64,000 bases of DNA, from sequence record PZ386967.1, one strand, 5' to 3'. The notes beneath the pieces are model-generated. The model had not been told where the DNA came from, ran no database searches, and was given only the letters and a program-made list of their open reading frames with translations. Shown piece by piece: positions 48,539 to 58,486 of this stretch; positions within the stretch are counted from its first letter, which is position 1, and each line of letters starts with the position of its first letter. This DNA is from a phage. Made by a program: the position numbers and the translations under genes.

Positions 48539-49651
48539 TTAAAAATTAAACGGATAACGACGACCACCATTGTACTCCATTCGCTGCAATATGAAAATTG
48601 CGGTGAATGGTAAGCAACCCAGCAGAACAATAACCACAACTTCCCAGGTCTTGAGTTCCCGCCACTTCAGGTACTCCATTTCCTTCATCTCAACGCGGTT
48701 GTAGCCTTTGGTGATGTTAGCGACAACATCAGCCATGACACCGACGCCCATGTCGTGGCCTGTGAGAGTCATGCCATTGCGAGAGTGTAGTTCACGGTTA
48801 TACATACCATCAGCGAACGAAGTGCTCTTACCCCAGTTGATCTTCAGATCTTTGCTGATGTCGGTCACGACGATAACGTCGTTCTTTTTACCACCATCCC
48901 AAGCATAGACCAAGCCCTGGAAGTATTCAACTGGCTGACCGGATGTCACAACCCAGACGATATTGACCTGACGTGAAGCACCTAATGTTTTCAGAGTATT
49001 GTTCAGATAGTCGTTCCAGTATGTGGTCGGTAACGCCAGGCCGGACACATTCAACACACGAGTGACACGATAGTAGTCATAGACCTCAGGGTACTTGGGA
49101 ATCTTGTCTTTGAAGCGCTCAGCAAACTGCTGGTCCGAGCGAGAGAACAGAGAGTCCTTGTTACCCAGCACATAGTTCATGTAGGAATGCTCACGGGCTG
49201 CGGGTTCGCCGATCTGAACCTGCGCCCAGCGCGGCGGTTGACCAAGACCACGGCGATCAATACGGTCAATCGTCAGATTACCGACAGTAGTCAACACATC
49301 CCAGTCCACGTCATATGAATGCTCATAACATGTACTGCAATGGCGAGTGCGGGTACAGGACTTGCTACTGCCGGAGCCAGAGCACGATGTGGTGTAGTAG
49401 CAGTTGCATTCATATGAATGCTCACAGCTCACCTTATTCCGCTCCTTTGCAGTGACGTACCCGTTCAGGATCTCAACATCCCCTGAACTGCCAAGGGAGA
49501 ACGCAGCATAAGCCCCCGCCTGAATCAGACAGGATAGCACCACTACAATCGCGGTCGCTATCAGAGTCTCTTTCGGCTCATGGGTCTTGCGGTGGTAGGC
49601 CACAAACAGGATAGCCAGTACCAATGGCACACCAAACAGGAGGTAGATCAT
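48539..49651 (-). CDS. membrane protein with Cys-rich extracytoplasmic segment (hypothetical)
   Basis: TM helices at both ends; CEHSYECNCYYTTSCSGSGSSKSCTRTRHCSTCYEH cluster. Confidence 0.4.
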   Translation of the reverse strand: MIYLLFGVPLVLAILFVAYHRKTHEPKETLIATAIVVVLSCLIQAGAYAAFSLGSSGDVEILNGYVTAKERNKVSCEHSYECNCYYTTSCSGSGSSKSCTRTRHCSTCYEHSYDVDWDVLTTVGNLTIDRIDRRGLGQPPRWAQVQIGEPAAREHSYMNYVLGNKDSLFSRSDQQFAERFKDKIPKYPEVYDYYRVTRVLNVSGLALPTTYWNDYLNNTLKTLGASRQVNIVWVVTSGQPVEYFQGLVYAWDGGKKNDVIVVTDISKDLKINWGKSTSFADGMYNRELHSRNGMTLTGHDMGVGVMADVVANITKGYNRVEMKEMEYLKWRELKTWEVVVIVLLGCLPFTAIFILQRMEYNGGRRYPFNF

Positions 49652-50034
49652 TTGGATTCACCGACGAGCTGCGCCTTGGTCATCCCAAGGAGTTGATCTT
49701 TATGCTCAGGATTGGCACCGTTCTTTAACAACAAATCCCAACGCTCTTCATGGTACTGTGGGTCCAGTGCTTCATCAAATGTGATGTGGTGGCGGAACAT
49801 AACAGTTGCCACTGAATGGACACAATGAGCGGTTGCACGCTTCAGAGTATGCTCTGATGTGATGTGCTTTTGGTATTCAATCCCCATCAAATCCAGTTCT
49901 CTGAAAAGACAAGATAATGACAGGACACCCTGCGAATGCAACGCGACGATAGTGTCTTTCTTAGGGTGCAGCATACCATCTGTTTCTTTCATGAACAGAT
50001 CATACAGATACTGCTTGTATTCAGACTGTGTCAT
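49648..50034 (-). CDS. hypothetical protein
   Basis: 128-aa ORF overlapping upstream start. Confidence 0.35.
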   Translation of the reverse strand: MTQSEYKQYLYDLFMKETDGMLHPKKDTIVALHSQGVLSLSCLFRELDLMGIEYQKHITSEHTLKRATAHCVHSVATVMFRHHITFDEALDPQYHEERWDLLLKNGANPEHKDQLLGMTKAQLVGESK

Positions 50035-50101
50035 TTAGATTCTCCCATGACGAGTAGAGACATATCTTCAATTCGTTGTATTGCCATGATGTAGATCCTT
50101 G

Positions 50102-50141
50102 CAAAAAGAAAGGGGAACGGGCTAATATTAACCCATTCCCC
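50102..50141 (-). terminator. terminator hairpin with TTCAAT-box promoter elements
   Basis: GGGGAACGGG / CCCATTCCCC stem, minus-strand TTTCTTTTTG after it; TTCAATAAA box upstream on minus strand. Confidence 0.45.
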
Positions 50142-50167
50142 TTTATTGAAGAACGCAATCCGCAGTC

Positions 50168-50338
50168 AGATTACTTTTTCTTCAGCTCTTCCAGCTTGGC
50201 TTCAATTTGGTCCAGAATCTCTTTACCTTTCTGGACGATGGCTTCACCATCTTGCGCGTGTTTACGGAAGACCAAAGCACCAGCGATGAAGCCGACAACC
50301 GCGCCAGGAAGCGCATAAACCAGCAGATCTTGTAACAT
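50168..50338 (-). CDS. small membrane peptide (56 aa, hypothetical), not in ORF track
   Basis: Hand-translated minus ORF MLQDLLVYALPGAVVGFIAGALVFRKH...EELKKK with strong SD (GAGGATATTATC) and terminator downstream; coordinates approximate. Confidence 0.35.
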
Positions 50339-50374
50339 GATAATATCCTCGCTTTATAGGCGAGGATATTTATA

Positions 50375-51610
50375 TCAGCGTTTCAAGAGTGCCATGAGGT
50401 TGACGCTGCTGGACTTCGGCTTGTCCTCAACCTTGCGCACAGGCATCTTCAGGTTCGTACATACCTCGGATGGCTCCCAGCGCGTACCCTTTTGCAGGTG
50501 CCAGATATGCAGAGGAACACCAGTCTCAAAGAACACAGGCATCTTCCACTTCTGGACGCCTGGAACGTGCCCTGCAGGAGCCTTTTCGCACAACAGGGTA
50601 TCTGGCAGCCAGAGCGAACGGGCTTCCCAGAGCGCTGCGCAGGAGTATTCAGGCCAGACGCGTTCCATGTAGTCTATTTCATCCCAGGTACGCTCTGCGT
50701 CCCACCCGATGTAACGGGTATTCTTCAGTCGGAAGAATTTCTTCAGCCAACAAGCACCGGAGGTTTCAAAGTTCAGACGGTTGATGAACGTCAGGTGTCC
50801 GAACTCAGCCACACAATCCTGGAACGCCTGCTCAAGGTCGGCCTCAAGGATGTCACACTCTTCATCCGTGATAGGGCAACCGTTGATCTTTTTCTTCCCG
50901 TGTTTAGTCACCCAATCGTCACGGTTGGACAAGAACGCCGCGCCATTACGGTTGGACTCGCTTCCATCACGATCACGCAGCATGAAGCCAGGGACGTCAA
51001 TGGTGTATTCGTTCCCGAAGACCATGTTCAGGGCTTCCAGGAAGTTCCAGGCGCTCAGGCGACCGAAGTATTTCCAGGACATCGCCGTGTCCCACAGCTG
51101 GGTGAATTGTTCTGTCTTATCGATGCACACCAACATCCCACGGAAAGCGTCATATTGAGTACGGCCAGCCAGCCAGTCAATATAGGACTGAACACACGGA
51201 ATCATCTTGGACTTGCGGTAGCGGCAATCGGTATCGAATCGCATGCGATCAAAGTTCAGATTATACCAATCAGAGAAGCGCTGCATCTCTTCCTTAGACT
51301 GAGGCGGCACAGGGAACTCACTGTAGATCGTCCACGGCCCGACGGCGTTATAGCAACAACCCCACAGGAATGCCATCCAGATCTTGCGCTCGACTTTCTG
51401 TTCGAGGCTGATGCCTTCAGTGACTTCGATCGCATAGTCCATCAGACGCATCTGCTGGTTGTGCTCTTCTGTGTAGGACAGCGCCTCCACCCAAGCCTTG
51501 AGCAGGTACATGCGATTCTCAGGCTTGCGATAATCAACAGCCAGGTCAATCGGGTACTTCCATTCAGCCGGAGGTGTATAGCCCGTCGGCATTTTAGATA
51601 AATGATGCAT
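50375..51610 (-). CDS. hypothetical 411-aa protein (candidate DNA-modification enzyme by context)
   Basis: GAGGAAG SD; Trp/Cys-rich soluble protein; no motif recognised. Sits in a block with P-loop NTPase and HAD phosphatase next to the DNA polymerase. Confidence 0.4.
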   Translation of the reverse strand: MHHLSKMPTGYTPPAEWKYPIDLAVDYRKPENRMYLLKAWVEALSYTEEHNQQMRLMDYAIEVTEGISLEQKVERKIWMAFLWGCCYNAVGPWTIYSEFPVPPQSKEEMQRFSDWYNLNFDRMRFDTDCRYRKSKMIPCVQSYIDWLAGRTQYDAFRGMLVCIDKTEQFTQLWDTAMSWKYFGRLSAWNFLEALNMVFGNEYTIDVPGFMLRDRDGSESNRNGAAFLSNRDDWVTKHGKKKINGCPITDEECDILEADLEQAFQDCVAEFGHLTFINRLNFETSGACWLKKFFRLKNTRYIGWDAERTWDEIDYMERVWPEYSCAALWEARSLWLPDTLLCEKAPAGHVPGVQKWKMPVFFETGVPLHIWHLQKGTRWEPSEVCTNLKMPVRKVEDKPKSSSVNLMALLKR

Positions 51611-51971
51611 CTTTCGCTTCCTCTTCAGGAGCCACAGCTTCAGGCTCGGGAGCCAACTGAATGTCTTCTGGTTTCACAAACCCCATCGGACGTTCCCACA
51701 TATCGATGAAGCGGCGGTCGGCGGTCACAAACCAAAGACGGGCTGCAGTGTGGGTCTTACCCGAGATGAACATCTGGGCATTCGTCTGGGTACGGAACGG
51801 AGCCGCCTGCAACCACTTACCGAAGTCTTTGGACGACGGATTGGCATTCAGCTGGAACTGAGGGATGACGCAGTTCTTTTCAGGAATAAGGCGCACGGCA
51901 GTAATGTGCTTGGCGTTTCCGGTGTAGTCAATCGCAACAGCCACAGCATCGCGAGGGATTTGAATTTTCAT
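51594..51971 (-). CDS. hypothetical protein
   Basis: 125-aa ORF. Confidence 0.35.
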   Translation of the reverse strand: MKIQIPRDAVAVAIDYTGNAKHITAVRLIPEKNCVIPQFQLNANPSSKDFGKWLQAAPFRTQTNAQMFISGKTHTAARLWFVTADRRFIDMWERPMGFVKPEDIQLAPEPEAVAPEEEAKDASFI

Positions 51972-52171
51972 TTTGGTTCCTTGAATATTTTATAGCCAGC
52001 AGCGCCGATAGCCATAATCGCGCCGATACAATACAACATGGTCAGGTTCATCTTCTCTGAGGTTGTTAAGTCCAGAGGGGTGAAATGATAGGCTAGGGCA
52101 GTACACATTGAAACGGCTGCCATAACCAGACCAATGAACAACAGATAATTAGACAACCGTTTCATGATCAC
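51968..52171 (-). CDS. small membrane protein (hypothetical)
   Basis: 67 aa, two hydrophobic helices. Confidence 0.3.
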   Translation of the reverse strand: MIMKRLSNYLLFIGLVMAAVSMCTALAYHFTPLDLTTSEKMNLTMLYCIGAIMAIGAAGYKIFKEPK

Positions 52172-53085
52172 CCCTTCTTCATCAGGTCAAGGAGAGAGCG
52201 CGACGCTGCCTTCGTTGCTTCTGGCTGGGCGCTCGCCTTGGTTTTAGTTTTGGATGCCTTCTGCGGCTTCTCAGGGACTCTGTGCGCCAAAGGATCCTGG
52301 CCGCCGATTTCACGAGTCATCGGATTGGTTTCACAGTAGGCGTAGAAGTCTTTGGTGTCCATGTTAACTTCACGCAGTTCGGACCGTATCTGATGACAAA
52401 TCGCATTACCCACAACCCACAGCGGGGCGTCGTATGGGAGCACCGCCAACTCGGACTGCTGTTTGGTCGTGAACTCCTGGGTGTTGGTCTCTGGCGCTTT
52501 ATACAGGATATCCTGTCCGCTGTAATCATCAACAGCCACAGTGAAGCCCAGCGCCAGCATTTCGGCCTTCGACTTCTCAAACTCCTTGGAGTAAGATTCG
52601 TTGCGTGACCAGCCGGAGTTCCCTGCTTCTTTACCAGATCGACCACGGATACGAGCATCGTACTGATAGCGGTCGGGGTACGCAAAGTACAGCAGCGCCA
52701 ATGATTCAATCGGATAGTTCTTGAACATCCATTCAGGACGCCATTTGTCCGACAGCATGAGGGGTTCACCCTCACACACCAGAGTGTATCCCTGAACCAA
52801 CCAGCACTTGATTAGATCACGAGCAATATCGCCTGAGCCTGTAGCAGCATGGATTGCATCCATTGAAGTCCAGGAAGCCAGGCCGGATTTGTTAGACACG
52901 GTGTACTGTCCAACGAAGATTAACTTCAGCTCTCCGAACTTCAGGCCAAACGGGCGAGTCTTGTCACCAACGGTGTAGGTCAGTTCGGTAGGCTCCAGCT
53001 TCGTACGGAGCCATTCGATGAACTGGACCACTCTCGTACCCTTGCCCGTGGCCGAGGTGCCTTTCACTACGATAATTTTTGCCAT
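52168..53085 (-). CDS. P-loop NTPase / kinase (putative)
   Basis: Walker A VVKGTSATGKGT at N-terminus; 305 aa. Confidence 0.45.
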   Translation of the reverse strand: MAKIIVVKGTSATGKGTRVVQFIEWLRTKLEPTELTYTVGDKTRPFGLKFGELKLIFVGQYTVSNKSGLASWTSMDAIHAATGSGDIARDLIKCWLVQGYTLVCEGEPLMLSDKWRPEWMFKNYPIESLALLYFAYPDRYQYDARIRGRSGKEAGNSGWSRNESYSKEFEKSKAEMLALGFTVAVDDYSGQDILYKAPETNTQEFTTKQQSELAVLPYDAPLWVVGNAICHQIRSELREVNMDTKDFYAYCETNPMTREIGGQDPLAHRVPEKPQKASKTKTKASAQPEATKAASRSLLDLMKKG

Positions 53086-53390
53086 TACACAGCATCCTCA
53101 ATACGCCAGCTCACGCCGCCCAGCCAAGGTGCCCAGAACACAGCAACCTGCGGACGACCGTTTTCTTCAAACTTAACTTTATACTGGTCGTCGAAGTTAT
53201 AGAAGATTTCATCCGATTCAGAGCGCTGGCCGATCTTCACCAGTACATCATGAAGAGCCTTGGCTGCGCCGATAGGAGTTGGAGTCTCCTGCTGACGAAT
53301 GAAGTTGTTCACATGGTTAATCACGCCATCCATGTCGCTGTCACCGGAACGCTTGTCTGGGGTTTCCCCGAACTTATTCTGATCTTGCAC
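53085..53390 (-). CDS. hypothetical protein
   Basis: 101-aa ORF. Confidence 0.35.
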   Translation of the reverse strand: MQDQNKFGETPDKRSGDSDMDGVINHVNNFIRQQETPTPIGAAKALHDVLVKIGQRSESDEIFYNFDDQYKVKFEENGRPQVAVFWAPWLGGVSWRIEDAV

Positions 53391-53399
53391 GATGTCCTC

Positions 53400-54179
53400 C
53401 TATCGGACGTATTGATAATGACTAATCAGGCGGTTCACCACTTCGAAGATATTGTGGTTCAGGAAGTCGAAGTGATTCTGGCCTTCTACTGGTTTAATAT
53501 AAAGCATGTCTTCCGAATTCGAAAGATCCAGTTTTTCATAATTGCCCTGAGGAACAAAGATGACAAAGATGTTGTTCAGGCCGCACGGCTCGACATACTT
53601 CGGATTGTCATCAATCAGGACATCGCCAGCCAGCAGATGCTTTTCGTCGGTACTGACAAACCCGTTGAAGATACCAGGGAACTTATCATAGACAAACTGA
53701 CGCTTGCTGCGCTCGTGTTCCGGCTCACACTTGGACACTGCGATGAATTCAACATTGTCGAAATCTTCAAGCAAGATCTCCTTCAGATTTACCAGGAACT
53801 CGTAAGCGCCGGGGAGCGGGTTCATCTTGGCGTACAAGTCAGGGCGACGCCACCAGTCCATAGGATCGTTACCGCTTGGCACACGTTGTTTGTGCATCCC
53901 CAATTGGACTTCATGGTATAGCCACGCCGGATGCGCACGTTCACGCATCAGAATAGCCAGGTCGCCAGCATGGGACATATAACACTCTTTGGTGATCGGC
54001 TGGAACTGGTATGACTTATGTTCCCCCGTAGCGATAGCAGCGGCGGCGATGTTCTCTTCGTTAAACCACTGCACCCAAGGGGAGAGGCTGTCGACCAACG
54101 TCAGGTCAACATCCACGAGGACGCGATACAGGCCACCGACCTTTGATTTCATATCATAGATACAAACCAGGTTGTTCAT
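53400..54179 (-). CDS. HAD-superfamily phosphatase / 5'(3')-deoxyribonucleotidase-like
   Basis: HAD motif I DVDLT (VLVDVDLTLVD) near N-terminus. Confidence 0.45.
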   Translation of the reverse strand: MNNLVCIYDMKSKVGGLYRVLVDVDLTLVDSLSPWVQWFNEENIAAAAIATGEHKSYQFQPITKECYMSHAGDLAILMRERAHPAWLYHEVQLGMHKQRVPSGNDPMDWWRRPDLYAKMNPLPGAYEFLVNLKEILLEDFDNVEFIAVSKCEPEHERSKRQFVYDKFPGIFNGFVSTDEKHLLAGDVLIDDNPKYVEPCGLNNIFVIFVPQGNYEKLDLSNSEDMLYIKPVEGQNHFDFLNHNIFEVVNRLISHYQYVR

Positions 54180-54526
54180 TTGTCTTCCTCAACTTTATCG
54201 TAGCCTGTAGCAACACACTGTTCTTCGGTACAATCTGCATACAGAACGACGGAGGCCTGCTTCACGTAGGTGATGCAGTGGTAAGTTTCGTCTTCCTGGA
54301 TGGAATCGTCATAGTTGCAGACAGTTTGGAGCGGACCCGGAGTAGTGTTGTCCAGTGCTGCATGCGCCTTGATGGTGTCTTCCATCTTGGACACGGCCTG
54401 CTCATTGGTGAACGTCGGCGTGTCAAGGTCTACAGTAGAAGCAACGTCCAGAAGGGTGGAACACGCAGTGGTAGAGAAAGCCAGAGCACACACCAGAAGA
54501 ATCTTATTGAGTTTCATTTCAATCAC
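54176..54526 (-). CDS. secreted/lipoprotein-like small protein (hypothetical)
   Basis: Signal-peptide-like N-terminus ending in Cys (LLVCALAFSTTAC). Confidence 0.4.
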   Translation of the reverse strand: MIEMKLNKILLVCALAFSTTACSTLLDVASTVDLDTPTFTNEQAVSKMEDTIKAHAALDNTTPGPLQTVCNYDDSIQEDETYHCITYVKQASVVLYADCTEEQCVATGYDKVEEDK

Positions 54527-54553
54527 CTGTTTGTCAAAGGGTTAACAGGGGGA

Positions 54554-54579
54554 ATTATATCCCCCTTTGGTTTATTGAA
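54554..54579 (-). promoter_or_regulatory. TTCAAT-box / TATAAT promoter with -10 in loop of GGGGGA/TCCCCC hairpin
   Basis: Minus TTCAAT 54579-54574, 14-nt spacer, TATAAT 54559-54554; immediately downstream of DNA polymerase stop. Confidence 0.4.
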
Positions 54580-57579
54580 TCAACCTTTCTTCTTTTGCAT
54601 CATGGCAAGAAGGTTCACACGGCGCTTGTGCGACCAGCCGACCACGTCAAGGATGGACTGAATCGGGTCAATGAAGGACTTCTCAAAGGCCGCCTGATAA
54701 TCCACCCATTTGCCCAGACCAAGCTCCTCAGGGAAGAACTCAGGATATGCGAAGTAATTCTGGCCGAATGGGTTGCCTGGCTTCAACAACACCATCTGTA
54801 CCTTATCACCCGACTCGATCATCGGTAGACCCAGATCTTCGTTCTTCTCAACCAGACGGTTGTAGCCCACACACGCCTTGGCAGCAAAATGAGCACCAGA
54901 GATGAACGATCCGTCAGCAGCCACACACTTCTCTATGTCGGACACGCCGGAAGCCTTGGCGATATCGTCTACAGAGAGTTTCATGTACTCCTCTTTGTAC
55001 TGGGAGATGAGCGCCTGTACTTCCTCTTCAGTGCCGAGTAGGATCTTCTCATAGCACTTGACAAGACGCTCACGACACCATTCCGGCGTGGTGGACTTGC
55101 GGGCTTCCAGACCTTTGAACTTGATCTTCGGCTTCTCGTACTTGATACCCTCACTGTCGTACACGGCCATGGCATACATCTTCTTGGCTCGCCAGACAGC
55201 GGCTGACGCAATGACCTCACGCTCCCATACCATGCGCTGTTCAAATCCGTTCATGGTGTTACACAGAAGCTGTGCCCACTCATTGGTCTTCGGCTGGTAG
55301 TTGTCTTTGATCCATTGGTCGATATTATCAACCATAGCATGATGGTCAGTAACATCAGGCCACAACTGCTTGACAAGACGCTCAATGCAGATGTAGTTGG
55401 AGTCGGTATCACCTGCGATGACGAAGTCCTGGCCTGTTGTACCACACAGCTTGTTCAGATAGTCATCAGTGTAACGCTTGTTCCACTTGTTGATCAGCTG
55501 ACCGGATGTGGTGATGGCTTCGGCAATGTTGAGGTTGAAGTACTCTTTGAACCAGACGTTCGAGATAGCGCCATAACCTGCGTTCATCAAGATCTTCAGA
55601 CCTTGCTGTAGGGTGTCTTGAGCAACGCCCAGATCTTCCCACTTCTTCATCACTTCGGTCAGTGCATCAAGATCAATGTTCTTGTGCTCTTCATACCACT
55701 CTGGGTCATAGTAGCGAGACTTCATGGCAGACTCAAGATGGAAGTCGCCCTTCGACATCTCTTTACACCAGCCAGCCCACTGCTCATACTTCAGACCCTT
55801 GGCCTTCTCTACTTTACGGTCGCTGTAGATACCACGCATGATTTCAGACAGGAACGACATCTTCTCGTTGCTGAAGAATTGAACGTTCGGCGTGAACGAC
55901 ACGTTGTAGCGGCGCAGGGTTTCAAAGTGGAACTCACCCAGGGCAACCAACTCATCAACAACCTGCAGGCGTTCGTCAACCGCACGCAACAGCTTGTCGT
56001 GAAGGGCTTTCATCAACCGACGTTTGTGCATCGGCGTTGCCATGTTATTCATCTGAGCAGCCAGCTCTTCACACATAGCCTCAATAATCTCGCGGCGCTG
56101 GTGTTTGTCGCCAACGATAGTCTCTGGACCGAGGTTGTACTGCTGAATGATGTGAGGATACAGGGAATTCAAATCTTCCGAGAAGACCCAGAAGTAGATT
56201 CCTGGTGTCACATCCATGACGTATGCACCCTCAAAGTCGGTCGGACCATCGTATACACGCTGGATCTTAGGCACTATCCCCTTCTCGTACAGGCGATAGT
56301 AGCACATGGCCAGCCACGGAGCCACAGTTCCCAGACCGTCTTCATAGTTGGACTTGGTGCGGTAGGCCAGGACGAACATCAGCTGGAGCAGGCGCAGCTT
56401 CTGTTCAAGTCGCCATACCAGCTTAACGTCTTTGATACCATATCGGGTGTGTTTGCAGTAGTCGTTGAAGTACAGATCAAAGAGCGACTTGCTCTCACTG
56501 TAGTCCATCTTCTTCTCACCCAGCTCACAATACGCAATCCAGTCAAGAGAGTAGCGTTCACGGGTGGTGTACGTGTGTTTCTTGTAGATCTGCATATAAT
56601 CGAGCATAGGACAGCCCACGAACTGATACGTCGTGATATCGCCCTTCTTATCGCGAATGATACGCTTCTTAATGATACCCCAAGGACTGAGGCGCGACGT
56701 TTCAGCCTCACCCAGAACCTGATTCATGCGCTCAACAAGATACGGGCTATCGAACGTTTCAATGTTCCAGCCTGTCCAGCCGTCGAACTGACGCTCCGAC
56801 CAGAAGTCAAGGAAAGATCGCAGCAGATCTTGTTCGGTGGTGAACTCCTGATAAACAACCTCAAGGCCGCCGATCTCTTTGTCTTCGGTGTCGTATGCGA
56901 ATTTGTTACGATCTTTGGCACAGGGCATACCCCAGACCATGAACTTATTGGTCGCCATATCCTGAAGCTGGATCAGGGTAATGGGGAACGCCGCATTCAT
57001 GTCTTGGGTGATCTTGCCGTTGCTGTCAATGATAGGGAACTGATCAGTGACGTTGTTGCTGATGAAAGAACCAGGGAAGTGCTCACGGACAAAGTCATGG
57101 TTGGCCAGCACTTGTTTATGGAAGCGGCGAATGCGCGCCTCATTCCCTTTGAACGTCTGCTGCTCAATAGTTGGGTGAGGGAATGGACCTTTGGTCATCT
57201 TTCCGTCTTTCCACCCGGCGGAGAATACTTCGATATCGAGGTTAGCAATATGGATGTTGGAGTAATCCGGCTCAATCTTTCCAGGAAAGCTATGGGCGAT
57301 GAACTGGTATGCATAATCGGTCTGCCCATAAATGGCAGCACCCTGGACTTCCTTGTACTCTTCAAGATAGTTGTCAGCGTCACGCATGGAAGGGAACTGC
57401 TTGGCTACCAGGGGTTCATTGAGAAGGCCGACCTTTTCAACATTTGAATAGTCAGCCGTGGGTAAATAGAGAGTGGGTTCGAATTTCTTTTTCAACAGAC
57501 GGCGATTACCCATGTCATCTGCAATTCGAATCAACAGGTCATTGCCCCTGCGGGCAACGTTCGTATAGAAAACGGTCAT
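54580..57579 (-). CDS. 43: DNA polymerase, family B (T4 gp43-like)
   Basis: Exo I NLDIEVF, Exo II NIETFDSPYL, pol motif A DLNSLYP, motif B KILMNAGYG, motif C AGDTDS; GGAG SD; 999 aa. Confidence 0.9.
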   Translation of the reverse strand: MTVFYTNVARRGNDLLIRIADDMGNRRLLKKKFEPTLYLPTADYSNVEKVGLLNEPLVAKQFPSMRDADNYLEEYKEVQGAAIYGQTDYAYQFIAHSFPGKIEPDYSNIHIANLDIEVFSAGWKDGKMTKGPFPHPTIEQQTFKGNEARIRRFHKQVLANHDFVREHFPGSFISNNVTDQFPIIDSNGKITQDMNAAFPITLIQLQDMATNKFMVWGMPCAKDRNKFAYDTEDKEIGGLEVVYQEFTTEQDLLRSFLDFWSERQFDGWTGWNIETFDSPYLVERMNQVLGEAETSRLSPWGIIKKRIIRDKKGDITTYQFVGCPMLDYMQIYKKHTYTTRERYSLDWIAYCELGEKKMDYSESKSLFDLYFNDYCKHTRYGIKDVKLVWRLEQKLRLLQLMFVLAYRTKSNYEDGLGTVAPWLAMCYYRLYEKGIVPKIQRVYDGPTDFEGAYVMDVTPGIYFWVFSEDLNSLYPHIIQQYNLGPETIVGDKHQRREIIEAMCEELAAQMNNMATPMHKRRLMKALHDKLLRAVDERLQVVDELVALGEFHFETLRRYNVSFTPNVQFFSNEKMSFLSEIMRGIYSDRKVEKAKGLKYEQWAGWCKEMSKGDFHLESAMKSRYYDPEWYEEHKNIDLDALTEVMKKWEDLGVAQDTLQQGLKILMNAGYGAISNVWFKEYFNLNIAEAITTSGQLINKWNKRYTDDYLNKLCGTTGQDFVIAGDTDSNYICIERLVKQLWPDVTDHHAMVDNIDQWIKDNYQPKTNEWAQLLCNTMNGFEQRMVWEREVIASAAVWRAKKMYAMAVYDSEGIKYEKPKIKFKGLEARKSTTPEWCRERLVKCYEKILLGTEEEVQALISQYKEEYMKLSVDDIAKASGVSDIEKCVAADGSFISGAHFAAKACVGYNRLVEKNEDLGLPMIESGDKVQMVLLKPGNPFGQNYFAYPEFFPEELGLGKWVDYQAAFEKSFIDPIQSILDVVGWSHKRRVNLLAMMQKKKG

Positions 57580-57658
57580 GTAATTCTCCAGGTTATCCGT
57601 GCCGTTAGCACGTGGGCATATTTAACCATAGAGCCATTCATTGACCAAGGAGTTTATT

Positions 57659-58231
57659 ATGGCAATCCCCCTCGTTGGTATGATCCCAGGGGCGCTCAAG
57701 CAACTCTGGAACCTCGGGACTGATTTGATCCAATATAAGCGGGAAGTTGTACAGGCCAAACACGACGTCAAGCTGGAGGCCATCAAGTCCTCCTCAGATT
57801 GGGAGCTGTCTAAGATTACCGAAGTCGGCGGGTCTTGGAAAGACGAATTCTGGACTATCGTGTTGGCCATACCCGCCATCCTCGTCATGACTGCTCCGGT
57901 TGTGGAACTGATTCTGTTCCCTGGTGAGTATCATAAAGGGGATTTCATCAAAGCAGTAATCGGTGGCCTTCAGGCACTAGATACCGCACCTGAATGGTAT
58001 ACCTATTCGTTATTGACAGCAATTAGTGCATCATTCGGTATCAAAGGCTACAACCACTACAAAAGCAACAGGCGAAAAGCCCAAGCTATGGATGCTCTCA
58101 AGCAATTTGGGGTTCGGGTCGTACAGAAAGATCCCACTGTTGTTACTCAGTCGGGTGCTCCCGATCTTGAGTCTGCTCCCCCAGCTGGGTCTACTGCGAC
58201 CTCTGGTGCGTGGCCTGATCTGAAGAAATAA
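57659..58231 (+). CDS. multi-pass membrane protein (hypothetical; holin-like possibility)
   Basis: ORF track start 57641 is TTG; ATG at 57659 has AAGGAG SD; hydrophobic helices. Confidence 0.4.
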   Translation: MAIPLVGMIPGALKQLWNLGTDLIQYKREVVQAKHDVKLEAIKSSSDWELSKITEVGGSWKDEFWTIVLAIPAILVMTAPVVELILFPGEYHKGDFIKAVIGGLQALDTAPEWYTYSLLTAISASFGIKGYNHYKSNRRKAQAMDALKQFGVRVVQKDPTVVTQSGAPDLESAPPAGSTATSGAWPDLKK

Positions 58232-58235
58232 GTTC

Positions 58236-58263
58236 AAGGGGAGGAAACTCCCCTTTCTTTTGG
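58236..58263 (+). terminator. rho-independent terminator
   Basis: AAGGGGAG-GAAA-CTCCCCTT followed by TCTTTT. Confidence 0.6.
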
Positions 58264-58273
58264 TGTTTAGGGA

Positions 58274-58486
58274 ATGAATGTGGTAAACAAGAGATTGCTC
58301 GTCACCCAAGGCGGGGCGACGATAGTGCGCGGAAGGATCTATGAACAAACACAGCTGGGTGATCACAAGACACGCCTGACTATTAAGGCTCCCGATGGTG
58401 GTTGGCCAACAAAGGTGATTGTCCCAGACGGTCTCATAGAACGAGGGTCGGCGGTGTATAAAGGAGCAGAGTTCAAAATTTATTAA
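58274..58486 (+). CDS. hypothetical protein
   Basis: 70-aa ORF. Confidence 0.3.
   Translation: MNVVNKRLLVTQGGATIVRGRIYEQTQLGDHKTRLTIKAPDGGWPTKVIVPDGLIERGSAVYKGAEFKIY

Noticed and set aside
50492-51601. 369-aa plus-strand ORF
   Set aside because: Antisense shadow of the 411-aa minus-strand gene, which has a strong SD and operon context.
55618-57447. 609-aa plus-strand ORF
   Set aside because: Lies entirely antisense within the DNA polymerase gene, which has all catalytic motifs; low-complexity Leu/Val-rich translation typical of a shadow ORF.
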